Shown piece by piece: positions 1 through 13,074 of a DNA stretch of 64,000 nucleotides. Each line of letters opens with the position of its first letter. The stretch's first letter is position 1. The DNA is taken from positions 8,246,001 to 8,310,000 of the forward strand of contig NC_043000.1 in the NCBI RefSeq assembly GCF_006345805.1. The letters run 5' to 3'. The position numbers were made by a program, and so were the translations under genes. A model generated the notes under the pieces. That model ran no database searches. It saw only the letters and a program-made list of their open reading frames with translations, and had not been told where the DNA came from. The stretch is from Octopus sinensis (Eukaryota).

Positions 1-224
1 TCAAATGACTGAAACAAGTAAAAGCGTATACTTTTGATGTGATACGTGTGTGTCCAATGTAAAAAAAAGTAGAATAATGAACAATTTCCCTGATTACTTT
101 ATGGCCTTTCTAATTACATTAGTCGTCTAAATTTAATCCGGCAGCTTGCAGGTTTTTCATTTGTTGTTGAGCTAAGCATTTTTTTTAAATATTTTGGTAA
201 TATATTTATTATTGATTTTTAATA

Positions 225-620
225 TTGCAATAAGGTCAGATGTTTTGGGAAGATGGGTATCATTGATCATATCGATCTTGGCGTATTGCTGATACTAAAA
301 CCAATGAGGTAGCTTCCACGTGGTTGCTTGACCTGCTAGAAAAAACGAACAACCAAATGCCTTTCAAATCACACCCTATCATCTCGAAAATGGTAAAAAA
401 AAAAAGAGTGTATTATAATGTAATTTTAGATATAAAATGCCTGAAAGAAAGGATAATTATGACAGGGTGGTCACAAAATACGTTCTGTCATACTAAATAG
501 CAACAATAAATGATACTTATTTTGTTGAACCCAGAAGGATGAAAAGCGAAGTCAACTCTGACTGAATTCGAACCGAGAATGTAAAGAGACGTTGCTGCCT
601 CGAAGCATTTTGGTAATAAA
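225..620 (-). mobile_element. SINE family A copy split by an insertion at 297-510
   Basis: Reverse complement of family A (gatcatatcgatc..ctgatact / gatacttattt..aaggatgaaaagcgaagtcaac..gaattcgaac). TGATACT is duplicated at 290-296 and 511-517. Confidence 0.7.
297..510 (+). mobile_element. Dispersed repeat family D (SINE or LINE-tail like, AAC-type tail)
   Basis: gttgcttgacctgctagaaa..ccaaat..tcaaatcacaccct recurs at ~6345-6500 (+) and on - at ~11430-11970, 27010-27135, 28080-28205, 34500-34660, 45115-45310 and 57670-57785. Confidence 0.6.
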
Positions 621-959
621 TTATCAAAGCTTGTTTATGATTGGATCCCACTAAATCACACATGTCGTGTTCTGCTGGAGAACGCAACAAATATGAACTT
701 AATGAACCTTGGAAATTTGTGGTTCCAGGCACAGTTATTGAGATACTTATAAGGAGATATAAAAATATTCTAAATTCTTAAAAAATGTTAACTCCGTCAT
801 ATTTTCTAAATGTATAAAGGCCGGGTTATTCCCAAGCCCTCCCCCACTTACAAATATGTATATATAAGTGTGTATGTATGTAATTCGACGAATGTAATTT
901 CGACAATCATTGAAGTGCTAAAATTCCGAGTAATTCAAAATTCGTGTCGGGAACTCTTA

Positions 960-1500
960 ATATCATGGGAAATGACGTAACCGGGGAGGGAGAGACTTTT
1001 AAAATTGTTCTCGTTTTCCTTTTTTACAAACCTACATAATAATAACAATACTATTAGAAAAAGGAAGTGAAATAAAAGGAAAATATGTTTCGGTAGTTTT
1101 AGTTTAAGAACCAATTCCATGATTATATAATCGACGATGGAGAATGTCCTGGAGACAAAAATATGAAGAGGAAGGAAATTAAGTAAAGTTTAACCAAAGA
1201 TTACACTTATACTATAAGTGGGTGTGTGTGACGAAGGCGTGATTGGTTTTCTTTTTCTTTTTTACTATACAATCAACTGACAGTAAAACGTCTTATTTAC
1301 TACTAAGTAAACTTAGACGGACGTGTCATCTGTGAATGAAAGAAGAAGCTCGAATAATCAGATGACAACAACGACGGGCGACTGCTAAATATCAGCCAAG
1401 CTAGAATTGTGCCACAGAGGAATGGGTTGTACGCATGCGTGGAGCCAGTGACCTAGTTTCTCAGCGGGAAAGTCGAATTATAATTATCACTGTGGTGATC
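960..1500 (+). promoter_or_regulatory. Putative CpG-rich promoter of a + strand gene
   Basis: Repeat-free, CpG-rich DNA with CRE-like TGACGTAA (973-980), reverse CCAAT (1242-1246), NRF1-like palindrome ACGCATGCGT (1431-1440) and E2F-like GCGGGAAA (1464-1471), just upstream of a consensus donor. Confidence 0.55.
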
Positions 1501-1534
1501 AGTACTCTGGCTGGATTTCCGAAATTTGTTGCCG
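1450..1534 (+). other. Putative non-coding first exon (start uncertain)
   Basis: CCG|GTAAGT donor at 1534/1535; no ATG between the promoter motifs and the donor. Confidence 0.5.
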
Positions 1535-2202
1535 GTAAGTAAAGAAAGAAATCTATTTTCTTGATTGTGAAGCAAAAATACACCGAGATCATTTTGTGAA
1601 TGTCTGTGGCGAAAACAGAGTCGGAAATCGCTGTTAGGTTTCTGATGTCTGCTTCTCGGAAAACGAACCGAGCAGTTCTGGTCTCTCTCTACTTTGTGTC
1701 TATCTTGACAGTAGCAGCGATGAGAAGAATACCAAGTGGGGGGGTCATTTTGGTTAAGTCTACTGCTTTCACAACGATTCCTCCTTTTATATAGCCACCG
1801 AGCTGCTCTCTTTCTTCGTTTGATTTCTTTTCTTTTCTGCTGCCATACATCATGATTTGTCTTAGAATCGTCCTTATCTTTTCAGTCTTGTGATCCAGTT
1901 AATATATTTCGTCGATTTTCATTAATATAAAATGAACCACTGGTTTTGGTATCGATTTGGTAGGTTTCGCTATTGTCGAATTCATCTGATGATATTTTCT
2001 TTCAATCTATTCTTCCTCGTGTAGTAGTAGTGGCAATAGTTGTAGCCATGTGTTTATCAGAAACGAAAGTAATTTTTAATTTAACGATTAAATTTGATTG
2101 CATTGTTACTAAAATGCAATAATAAAAATAATGATAATGAATAGTTAATTAACGTTTATTCAAAAAAAAAAAAAGAAGAAAAATCACTAATATTATTATT
2201 AA

Positions 2203-2410
2203 TGGTGATTGCAGAATCGTTAGAGCACCTGGGGAAAATGTCTTGGGATATTTGTCTCGGCTTTTTACGTTCTGAGTTCAGATCCTACAGGAGTCAGTTT
2301 TTCCTTTCATTCTTTCATGGGTCGATAAGATAAAGTACCTGTCAAATACTAGATTCGACTTACTCATTCTTTAAAAATTGCTGGCCTAGTACCTAAATCA
2401 AAAGCAATTA
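2203..2410 (+). mobile_element. SINE family A (tRNA-like head, core CCTTTCATCCTTTCGGGGTCGAT)
   Basis: gcagaatcgttagagc..ttctgagttcagatcc..cctttcattc..gggtcgataagataaagtacc; matches many copies in the window. Confidence 0.8.
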
Positions 2411-2415
2411 TCATT

Positions 2416-2485
<70 letters not shown>

Positions 2486-3470
2486 CGCGTACAAAGTTTT
2501 AAAATCATTGAAAGCAACCACTCAACAATTAGGCTAATTAAAATTTTAATGAGACCATGTCTGGCTTAAACTATTTTCTTATATAGCCAATCAATATTTA
2601 ATCGTCTAGAGTGTTTTTTATTAGATCTTTTCTCTCTTCTCTCGGTTCCTTTAATGTGTTTGATAAGAATTGCATATTCTAAGAGACCGACATGGAGCGA
2701 AATTGACACTGCTACTGTTCTTGTGTGTAACGTGTTGCAAGAGAATGGTAAAACGGACTTCCAGCATCCAGTAGTAGTAGTAGTAGAAGCGATGCTAATG
2801 GATGTTCAGTTTCTTGAATTTTAAGGAGTGTCTTAATGATAATAAAAAAGAGTCAATTATACATGTGTGCGCGCATGGTTGTGTGCATGTGCGTATATGC
2901 GGGTTAGGTGCTTGTGTGTGTGTGTGTGGTGTGTGTGTAACAGCATGTACTCGCTGCGCATATGTGTTTCAGCGTGCACTTGCACACTTAATTTGTTGCA
3001 CTCATATATCAAACAGTTGGCTATAAGTGCTCTTTGTAAAAGATGCGTGCAGCCACACAACCGTTTGTTGTATGCATGTGTGTGTATGTATGTACGTTTG
3101 TGTATATTATTTAATCTTCCAACTTAATTTAGTGTTTTCTTTTTCCTTGGCGTGTGTTAAGTGAGCTGCATAATAAAGGAATTTATTTGAAAATTGGTCA
3201 TGAAAATATTCCGTTCTTTTCGACGATATTTCGCCTACAGACAAGACTATTAGGAAAAATAAAACGACCAAACTATTAACCTGTTATTTATGATGTTTTT
3301 AATATGCGAATTCCTCATTCATTTGAAAGTGAGTGAGTGAGGAAGAGAGAATAGAAAGAATATAAAAAACCCGAAGAATATGCATTCAAAAAACGAGTCC
3401 TTTATATGTATATATATAATGTATGTGTGAGTGCGTGTGCGCCTACGCGCGTGTATGGATATATGCCATA

Positions 3471-3710
3471 ACTACAGATTGGTGCTCCTGATTTTGTTTC
3501 CGCATAACTTCCTTAAAAATGCGAATTTTTTTTTTTAAACGAAATTTTACAAAAATACATTTTCGCGGATGTAGATTACGTAATGTTGATGTTTTAAATT
3601 ACTTGTAATCTACACCTTCGAAAAGTAATCTCTGCAAAATTTCGTTTAAATGTATGCACTTTTCTGAAGATTACGAGGAAACAAGTCAGCAGGGGGTTCC
3701 AATCTGTAGT
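3471..3710. mobile_element. Fold-back/MITE-like element with long imperfect inverted arms
   Basis: ACTACAGATTGG at 3471 pairs with CCAATCTGTAGT ending at 3710. Internal blocks TTTAAACGAAATTTT and TGTAGATTAC are also mirrored (~110-bp arms). Confidence 0.75.
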
Positions 3711-3914
3711 GATTCATATATATATATATATAAATATATATGTGATATATGATATGCATGTATGTGTGTGTGTGTGTGTGTTTGCTTTTATGTCGAGTTA
3801 AAATTAAACCAATTTACGTTAAACTCAATATTTTTGAAGAGTACGTATTCTTTAAACAAGAATAGTGTTGACAGTGACTTCGAAGTGTCAGCCTGCTTAA
3901 ACTTCGTGTGTGTG

Positions 3915-3949
<35 letters not shown>

Positions 3950-5154
3950 CTGTATATATGTTATCTCGTCAGGTGCGAGATGGAAATCATGGCACTGGCA
4001 GGATACGACTGTTGAAGATTCCTCGTGCCTGCTGCGTTTAAGGGATGGGAATGTTGTAACCAAACATTAAGAAACATCAACCAAGGAAGAGAATGGAGGG
4101 AAAAAACATTAGCGCTTGCCTACAAAAATTATATAAGATTTCTTCGAGATGATCTAAACGCTTAATTGATTAATTAATTAATTATCAATTAACTCAGAAT
4201 CGAACCTGTTTTCAAAATGATGACAACCTTATAATCTGTTCTAAGATATGAAACTTAACAGGTTCTTTTAATCCGTCTCTCATTCAAATTGTAATGAAAT
4301 TAAGTGAATGAGATTATACACACACACACACATATGATATATTTTGTTATTGTTTGAAACCCATATAAGGCCTAACCTAGCAGAGTTGTGATCGAAGACA
4401 TTCCGGTTGTGACCATCTCGTCGTTCTTTAATATGTTGGTTATTTTCTACATTATCAAGACGGTAAAGTGTGATTTGAAGTAGTTTTGGATGCATAGAGG
4501 CTCCGTGCTTTGGTACTGTGTGTGTGTTTCTTAGTCGGGCGAATAAACTCCCTGGCAATCCGTAACTGGGATTCCATTTCACGCTTCATTTGCTACAATG
4601 AAAGCCAGGCATCAATGTTACTTCATATCATTATCTCTGACAATAAGTAAACTGTAGCTAAATCGGCGCATATTTTTTTTTTTAATAATTAAAGTAGAAG
4701 ATACAATATACATGTAATTGTCGACCATCTCTACGGGAAAGATATGTTTAGGGGAAAGCTAGTACTATGCTTTCGTCCCCCCACTTAGTCAACTAGTTGA
4801 ATCGCTTTGACAAATGTGGAACTTTGAATTAACCAATGTATTCTTCCTTTTTTTTTTCTAAGGTAAAGTGTATGATTCTTGGGAAATTTGGTTATTTTTA
4901 GTTTGTCCAGCGATCACGCACACGCGCGTAATACTAATTAATACAAATATTAAGTATCATCTCTCCCTATCTATCTATGTTTGCCTCTGTGTCTGTCTAC
5001 AGCTATACACACACACATATGTACACATACTTGCACATGTATGTGTATATATGCAATGAGTATATCTGCATGTAAAGGACCGAATTGCACGTATGCAGCA
5101 TGTATGAGTAAAGATATCTTTGTGATTGTATATGTATTTCTATCTAAATGCGCA

Positions 5155-5230
5155 TCTGTCAATCTATCTATCTTTCTGTCTATCTATCTTTCTATCTATC
5201 TATCTGTCTATCTATCTATCTATCTATCTA

Positions 5231-5275
<45 letters not shown>

Positions 5276-5431
5276 GTCTGTCTGTCTGTCGTCTGTCTGT
5301 CTGTCTATCTTTCTATCTATCTATCTTTCTATCTATCTGTCTATCTGTCTATGTATCTGTCTATATATCTGTCTATCTAGCTGTCTGTCTGTCTGTCTAT
5401 TTGTCTGTCTGTCTGTCTATCTATATATCTG

Positions 5432-5490
<59 letters not shown>

Positions 5491-5503
5491 GTCTATCTAT
5501 CTG

Positions 5504-5534
<31 letters not shown>

Positions 5535-5640
5535 GTCTATGTATCTGTCTATCTATCTATCTATCTATCTATCTGTCTATCTATCTGTCTATCTAGCTGT
5601 CTGTCTGTCTGTCTGTATGTCTCTCATTGCATATCTATAT
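5155..5640. repeat. Compound (TATC)n/(TGTC)n microsatellite
   Basis: Directly visible; explains the overlapping YLSI-repeat ORFs. Confidence 0.97.
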
Positions 5641-6789
5641 GTCTTTATGTACACACACACACATATATATAATGCGAGATACATAGATTTGTAAGATTAT
5701 TATTATTATGTTTTTTTTTAATGTTAGCAATGCCCATCCATTATCGACTTTTCCCTTGTGATGGTCATCATCTCATCTTCCAATAAAATGGTTGCCACGA
5801 AACAAGTCTCATGTCATCCGACCAGCCAACCGACCAACTCGCCAACCTGTCAGTCTGCCAGGCACCGGCCGGGAAGATGAGAGAAGAGAAAATAGAACGT
5901 ATATGAGGACCGTCAATTGTCACAATTATTTCTAATAGTCCAGGCTACTGAAACAGCTAGTGTATATATCTGTGGTGGGTTATAATTAAAGCTCGTGTAT
6001 ATATACTACAACTCCTGCAGATATTTACTCTATCAGCAGGGAGGAGTGCGAGAAGAAAGAAAGAAGAAAGCAGAAGCCGGTGCCTGCCATTATCTTTCTT
6101 TCCTTTCAGCAAAATCTTATCTAATCAGTGGTATTTTTTTCTTTCTTTCTAAGATATAAATGCTATAATTATGGTAATTTTACGATTATACCAATAAATA
6201 TATAATATGAATACAATATCTGCTGGTGTAGTCGACCAACACTCTTTCAATGGGGTTCTTAGTTTTTTTCTTTTTTGTTTTTTATCAATAATCATTACGC
6301 GCACTTCATATCGCAAATCTTTGGCGGTTTGCGGGCTGTATATATGTTCGTTCAACCTGCTGAAAATAACAGCCAAATCTCCCTCAAATCATACCCTGCC
6401 GTCTTTGTAAAAAGAAAGAGAGCAAAAGCATTGGTCTCTGTAGCCCCACATACTGTCCGACAGAAAGACGAAATGGTCACAGCTGTTATGCCTTCCTCCT
6501 GTAGTTCTACTCATTGAAGACTGACGCAGGTCAAACCAGCAACTAATAGCCTCATGTCATCTCGTCTTCTTTATTTTTTTTTTATCTCTATCTTACCGAA
6601 TTTCGCCTGTCCGTCTGCCTTTCGTTCCCATTCCCTCCTCGTCTATTTCAATTCGGTAATTCTCTGATTACATTCAGCATTGCATTTCTCCCTGTCTTAA
6701 TTAGATTTAATTAATCTCTCTGAATTAACGTCTTAACATAACTCTTCAAGTTCCCCAATTAGTATTTTAACTGGGAAGACTGCACAACT

Positions 6790-7142
6790 GTATGTATGTA
6801 TGTATGCAATGTATGTATGTATGCATGTATGTATGAAATGTATGTATGTATGCATGTATGTATGTGTGTATGTATGTATGCATGTATGTATGTATGTATG
6901 TGTGTGTGTATGTATGTATGTATGTATGTATGCAATGTATATAAGTATGTATGTTTATGTATATATGTGTATATATATATATACACACACATATATATGT
7001 ATATATATATACACACATATATATGTATATATATATACACACATATATGTATATATATACACACATATATATGTATATATATATATACACATATATATGT
7101 ATATATATATACACATATATATGTATACATATATATACACAC

Positions 7143-7175
<33 letters not shown>

Positions 7176-7306
7176 CATATATATGTATATATATGTTAAG
7201 GTATGGATGTAATGTATGTTGTAAATGTGTGTATATCTTTGAAAATGTAATATGAGTAATGTATATATGTATGTAAGATAATATATGTGCACCTATGCAT
7301 ATGTAT

Positions 7307-7351
<45 letters not shown>

Positions 7352-7480
7352 GCATATTTATATATTGTATATGTGTTTATGTATGTAATGTATGTATGAA
7401 TGAATATATGCCTGTATATATGTGTGTATGTGTGTAATATATGTGTGTGTTTATGTCTGTATGCATATATATTGTGTGTA
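6790..7480. repeat. Compound (TATG)n/(TA)n/(CA)n microsatellite tract
   Basis: Directly visible; explains the stacked low-complexity ORFs. Confidence 0.97.
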
Positions 7481-7673
7481 AATTTTCCTAAATGCATTGT
7501 TGCTGAAAGAATGTAAAAGTAATAATTGGAAAATATTAACTTCCTTGCTCACACCTGCTTTATTTTCTATTCACCCATGCATTACATGAAAGATAATAAT
7601 AAAATAAAGTTGTCTTGCCTCTCTTTACAAGTTTATATAAAGTTATTTTCTTTATATATCAGTTTATATTATA

Positions 7674-7875
7674 TTTCGTGTTTGGATTTGGTTTGCAAGA
7701 TTCTTTATATGAGTTCGTGTGTTGAAGCATATTCAGAGTCAAAACTATTGAAAAGGTTGCAAGACGCAACGAAAATTTTAGGAAAATAAAAATAAGAAAA
7801 AAGTGGAAATTTTACCGGTGAGTGTGTCACATAATAAGGCACAAAAAAGAAAATGACTCTCCCCAGACACAACAG
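7674..7875. repeat. Unclassified dispersed repeat
   Basis: TTTGGATTTGGTTTGCAAGATTCTTTATATGAGTTCGTGTGTTGAA is also present at ~43685-43730. Confidence 0.6.
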
Positions 7876-9827
7876 TTTCTATTATGTTTATCATTTTTTA
7901 TTTCCAAAAAAACAAAAAAAAAATTATTAAAAAAAAACTTGTTGGACATCAACCTCATAATTACTGTTGTCATAGCCATCATCATCACCATCACCATCAC
8001 CACCACCACCACCATCACTAGCGAATTTTTTCAAATATTGTGATGAACATTTATGATAGTGAGGGACAGCTGCAATTAAATGCAACTTTAAATTATAATC
8101 TTTTTCCTATTTATAGAATAATGTCTGCAAAAGTAGACACCAACTAATCAACCCCTCACCCCATCACCCAATAAAAGAAAAATCTTCCGATTTTGCTGTT
8201 GATTTCTTCTGATGTCATTTTTGTCATATGATGCTTGATGGCAACTGAAAGAATGTTCCAGGCTTTCTACATACATTATTATACTGGCACTGCTGTATAA
8301 ACTGCAGTCTTGGATCTACAACTCTACTTTCATTCTTCCAGTCTTTCATTCTTTCATTTTTGCTTTTTTCACTCAATCTCTTTTCCTAATTTTTGTTTTC
8401 ATTTGATTTTTTTTTTGTTTTGTTTAAAAAATTCTTGTTACACAGAATATCTTTTCTTTCATTTAGAAAACTGTAGAACTCGTAAAAAAGCTATTAAAAA
8501 AATTTCAATGATAGGTTTTTTTTGTTTCTTGCTTTACATTTTTAATGTCGCTATGCGACAAAGTGGGAGAGCTGCTTAATATTTATGAGACTAATGACTG
8601 AAAAAGCCCAGAAAAGTCATTAAATACTCTTTAATTAGACAATTACAGGTCTTTGTTCATATGCGTGTATCAAAAGCATTTTCACTTTGGCAATATTCCA
8701 GTGCATGATTTAGCAACAGATCAAACTGGAAATCAAGGAATTTCATCTTAAACTCCCAACCTTGTTATTTGCTTATTTTATGGAGAAACACATAAGCATT
8801 TCAGGTTTGGAATTTCTAAAAGACTGAATTAGAATTTGAACATTTTGGAAACACTTAAATTTGAAACTTCTGTTAGTCTGAAAACATTTAAAAATTTAGG
8901 GTATAGAATGAATCTCAGTTGTTTTGATGTGGTTGATGTTTTTATTTGATAAAATTTTATGTTTTCTTTGGAATTTAATGTTTATTCAGTTTTTAGCAAA
9001 TAAATGATACATTTATTTATCTTTTTCTATCATTCATGTTATTCCCTCGGAGAAATATCATTGCTGTTTGCATGATAGGTTTACATTATTTTCACTAGAT
9101 TTTATAATGCTAAACAGCATGACGAGGAAAAACAGGCTGTTTTGCACAAAACTGATAGCAGGAGAGAAAAAAATTCCTTTACTTAGGGTTGAAATGTTAA
9201 TACTGATCTGCTGAGATGTTAGGAGTAAATTTATGGGTAGTTTTTTTTTTAAAGAGCACCCCCTACTTAGCATAGACAAGTTTTTAGAGACCATAGTATA
9301 CTCCCTACTAAGAAAACTAATTTTGCCCACACCCATTCATGATTCTGTAAAAATATTTGCTATCATTGGCGTGGTGCAGCAGAGCAAGGCTGCAGGTTTG
9401 GCCTTATATTTGTGCTCAAATTTTCTATTGATTTCCCTATCTCTCTCTGCGATCAATAAATTTTAAGTACCAACTATATACTGAGGGATGGGGGTTTGAG
9501 ACTCCTTCACTTGATTTTACCACTGATTGCTCTGTAAATTTCTGGTGTTGTTTCTATATGACTCATAATTTGTTATTTTATGAAGTATTTTAAAGTGCTT
9601 CTGTGTCAGCTATTTTTTACCTTTATGTTAGTATGTCTTACATGAATGATTTCATCATGAATTGAATGATTCAGACAGAAAATCTAGGACTAGATTATTC
9701 ACTTGAATGACCATGGAGAGTCTCCTTTGATGTTTTATGAGAAGTAGAATTATTGTTGGTCTTTGCTGTTTTAGGTATTTATGAAATATTTTGTGTGAAG
9801 GACTCTTATAAAGAAATGATTCTTTTA

Positions 9828-10036
9828 AAATTTAGCCCAAGGCCAACAGTTTTGAGGTGGGGGTGGGGTAATTGCATCAACCCCAGTGTTCAGTTGGTTC
9901 TTATTTTATTGACTGTGAAAGGATGAAAGGCAAAGTTGACCTTGGCAGAATTTGAACTCAGAAAGAAAAAAACTGGAAGAAATACCACTAAGCATTTTGT
10001 CCAACATGCTAACGATTCTACCTGCTCATTTGCCTT
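9828..10036 (-). mobile_element. SINE family A
   Basis: aaggatgaaaggcaaagttgaccttggcagaatttgaactcag..ctaagcattttg..gctaacgattc. Confidence 0.85.
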
Positions 10037-10062
10037 ATAAACAATAGTAATAATAATAATTA

Positions 10063-10361
10063 GTGAGGTCGTTGCCAGTGCCGCTGGACTGGCTCCTGTG
10101 CAGGTGAGACGTAAAAAACACCATTTGAGCATGGCTGTTGCCAGTACCACCTGACTGGCCCTCGTGCCAGTGGCACGTAAAAGCACCCACTGCACTCTTG
10201 GAGTGGTTGGCGTTAGGAAGGGCATCCAGCTGTAGAAACTCTGCCAGATCAAGATTGGAGCCTGGTGCAGCCATCTGGTTTGCCAGTCCTCAGTCAAATC
10301 GTCCAACCCATGCTAGCATGGAAAGCGGACGTTAAACAATGATGATGATGATGATGATGAT
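10063..10361 (+). mobile_element. RTE LINE 3' UTR fragment with (GAT)n tail
   Basis: Matches the 3' UTR of the RTE at 48885-50049 (ggcacgtaaaagcaccc..ggcgttaggaagggcatccagctgtag..gcggacgttaaa). Confidence 0.85.
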
Positions 10362-10419
10362 AGTGATACTAATTTCTAACAGGTGCAAGGGTTTGTTTTT
10401 GAGGGGTAGTATAGTTGAT

Positions 10420-10640
10420 TTAACTCTGTCATTTCCCTATTTCTGTTGAAATACATACACTGTCTTTGTTTCAATTCATTTTGAAAATAACAAAGAATTT
10501 ATCAAAATAACTTTGTCCTATTTAAGATGGTGTTAAGAACATAAATAACATGAAATATTGATGGAAGGTTTTAACTGAGATCATTTTAAAACAGGGAGTT
10601 CATATCATTGAGTCAAGGATGGCCTCAAATGGGTTGTAAG
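10420..10640 (-). mobile_element. piggyBac-like MITE family B inserted in a family A SINE (~10370-10805)
   Basis: Similar to the TTAA-bounded copy at 58466-58694. Further copies at ~11608-11915, 26000-26877 (split), 51552-51809, 52128-52330, 62494-62760 and 62930-63130. Confidence 0.6.
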
Positions 10641-12407
10641 AAAACCAGTATTTGATAGGAACTTTATTTTATCAATGTCACCCAGAAGAATGAAAGTCAA
10701 AGTTCGCCTTGGTATGACTTGAACTCAGAATGCAAAAAGAAATAACTAAAGACTGTAAGAAGCATATTATTAGTCATTCTACCAAATCTGTCAATTCACA
10801 GCTCATATTATTAATAATATTTACGGAGGAAAATACATGAATTTTCATGATGTGTATATGATCTTGTTTGGACAAACATCAGAATTCTATTTCCTTTACC
10901 TCAATATTATGAGGGGAGGTGATCAATGACGCAACCGGCAATTAGATTCATTACAAGGGTTATTTGAGAGATATCATTAAGTAACATTGAACTGCTTTTG
11001 TGGTAGTTCCCTCTCTCTCTTACCAAAACATTTTGACATTTGTCTGTTACTTCATTTCCTTTTAGTCATTCTATCTGCAGGGGGTGTTCCTTATAACATG
11101 CGGATTTCTCTAGAACTGGAAATGTGTATGGGATGAGTCAATTTTTATGTGGTTAATACAGAACTCTGAAGAAGGCTTGGTAATGCTTAGCAGACGTTCA
11201 CAGTGAGTGGTGTGGGGGTGAAAGTGAAAAAAAGAGAAAGTAAAAGAGAGAAGGAATTCCATACATTGTGCAGTTCTAAACAAAAGACTATGTTTGATGT
11301 AGTGCATGAATAATAGCTAGACCATGGAGAGAAGACATGTAAAAAAACAAAAAGCTGGATATATCAAGCAATTGCAAGAGCTTGTAATAATAGACTACAA
11401 TATGAAGATCAATCCATAAGAAATTGTTATTGTTGTTGTTTGTTGTTTAGCCCTTGCCCAGACTTGATTTAGAAGACCTATGATCAGAAGTGTTCTAGTC
11501 ATGACCAGCCTGTTTTTATTAGTGATTTTTAGGCATCATTTATCTAATGTTACATTGTCCTATGTAATTTGTCTGCAAGGAAGCAGACTGATAAGACTGG
11601 GTATAATTTAACCCATTTGTTCCTATATCTCAAGAGAAACCATACCAGAACAGACAATGTAGCTTGGTGCAGCCCCTGTGGCCTTACCAGCGCTGGTCAA
11701 ACCTTTCAACCCATGCCAGCATGAAAAACAGATGCTAAATGATGATGATGATGATGATGATGATGATAGTAAAATAACTTTGTCATTTTCAAGCTGGTGT
11801 TTGGAACATAAATTAACATGAAATAAATTTTATTAGAAGATTTTAATTGAGATCATTTAAATTAAGAATACGAACCAAGGTAGGTTCCAGGTAGGTCGAT
11901 ATCAAAAGGGTTACGGGAAATTCAGTTGCTATTTCTAGCCAGTCAACTAACTGTAAAGCTTCTTCAATGATCAGACGGAATTCCAATGAAGGAAATAAAC
12001 GAAATTTCTCACATCTAAAAGCAAATAAATAAATAAATTATATAAACCAAAACATAAAGTTTCCATTTTGTTTCATATTCTAAATGTCATCAATTAGTCA
12101 GAGTGAAAATCAAATCTTTGTCTCTAGAGATAAAGAAAATTCCGGAAGATGTCCTTGGCTACATCAAGATTTTTAGCATATGTAATGTGTAGTGTTTAAT
12201 TTCCTTGAAATTTGCTGACCTTCAGATGTGGTTACATTTCTTCCTTAAAATAACAGTACTGTGAAATTATTCATAATGGTTTTGTTGTTCATGTAACCAC
12301 ATTTCAAAAAGTATGAAACAATTAACCTTTAATGTCATATATATATATATATACATATACATACATATATGTATATATATGTATATATATATATATATAT
12401 TCGTATA

Positions 12408-12670
12408 TTCGTAATGAGATAAAACCCCAAGGCTGTGTAGATTTTAGAACATTTTTAGATAAATGTTCTAAAATCTACACAGCTTTGGTTTTTCATCTCA
12501 TTATGAAAAAATTTTATATACACACACTGACATATGACCGACGTTGAACCCCTTATTCGCAAAATCACTGAACCTCGAACTTAACTACAGTCTATCTACT
12601 TTAGTACTTATTCAGCATTACCTGACACCTTTGGGTCTCAATGACACCATTACCTCTCATAACCCCCATA
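12408..12670 (+). mobile_element. Penelope-like fragment: 100-bp hairpin plus GIY-YIG C-terminal remnant
   Basis: Translates RKITE..ELNYSLSTL[VLIQHYL]TPLGLND, resembling the PLE endonuclease end motif (E..LI..L.TL.P.GLN). Flanked by TA microsatellites. Confidence 0.5.
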
Positions 12671-12825
12671 TACATATATACATACATATATATATATATA
12701 CGTGTATATATATATATACATATATATATAATTGGAATTTCATTCTCTTTGAAGACACAAGGTCTCATTATTTTTATTTTCTGTGTCAGAAAATGTTAGT
12801 TTTGTGTCTCTGCCTTTTGATGATA

Positions 12826-13043
12826 GACATGGCTTTGTGGATAAGAAGTTGCTTTCAAATACATAGTTTGAAGTTCAATTCTACTGTGTTATCTTGAGCT
12901 CTGGGCCTATCAATACCTTGTGAGTAGATTTCATAGGCAGAAACTGGAAGAAGCCCATTGTATTTGTATATGTGTGTGTAAATATATATTAATTATACAC
13001 ACAGGCATACATACATACATACATACATACATATGTACGTACG

Positions 13044-13074
<31 letters not shown>

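Noticed and set aside
1600-1794. 64-aa ORF near the promoter
   Set aside because: Lies just downstream of the consensus donor, so probably intronic; no recognisable motif.
4202-4265. Terminal stem GAACCTGTT/AACAGGTTC with ATGATGA (box C-like)
   Set aside because: No box D CTGA near the 3' stem, so not called a snoRNA.
4981-7497. Long ORFs of 135-237 aa
   Set aside because: Stop-free frames of TATC/TATG/TA microsatellites; low complexity and open on several frames.
9890-10335. ORFs with LEWLALGRASS / LQLDALPNANHS recurring across the window
   Set aside because: Translations of the RTE 3' UTR repeat, not a gene family.
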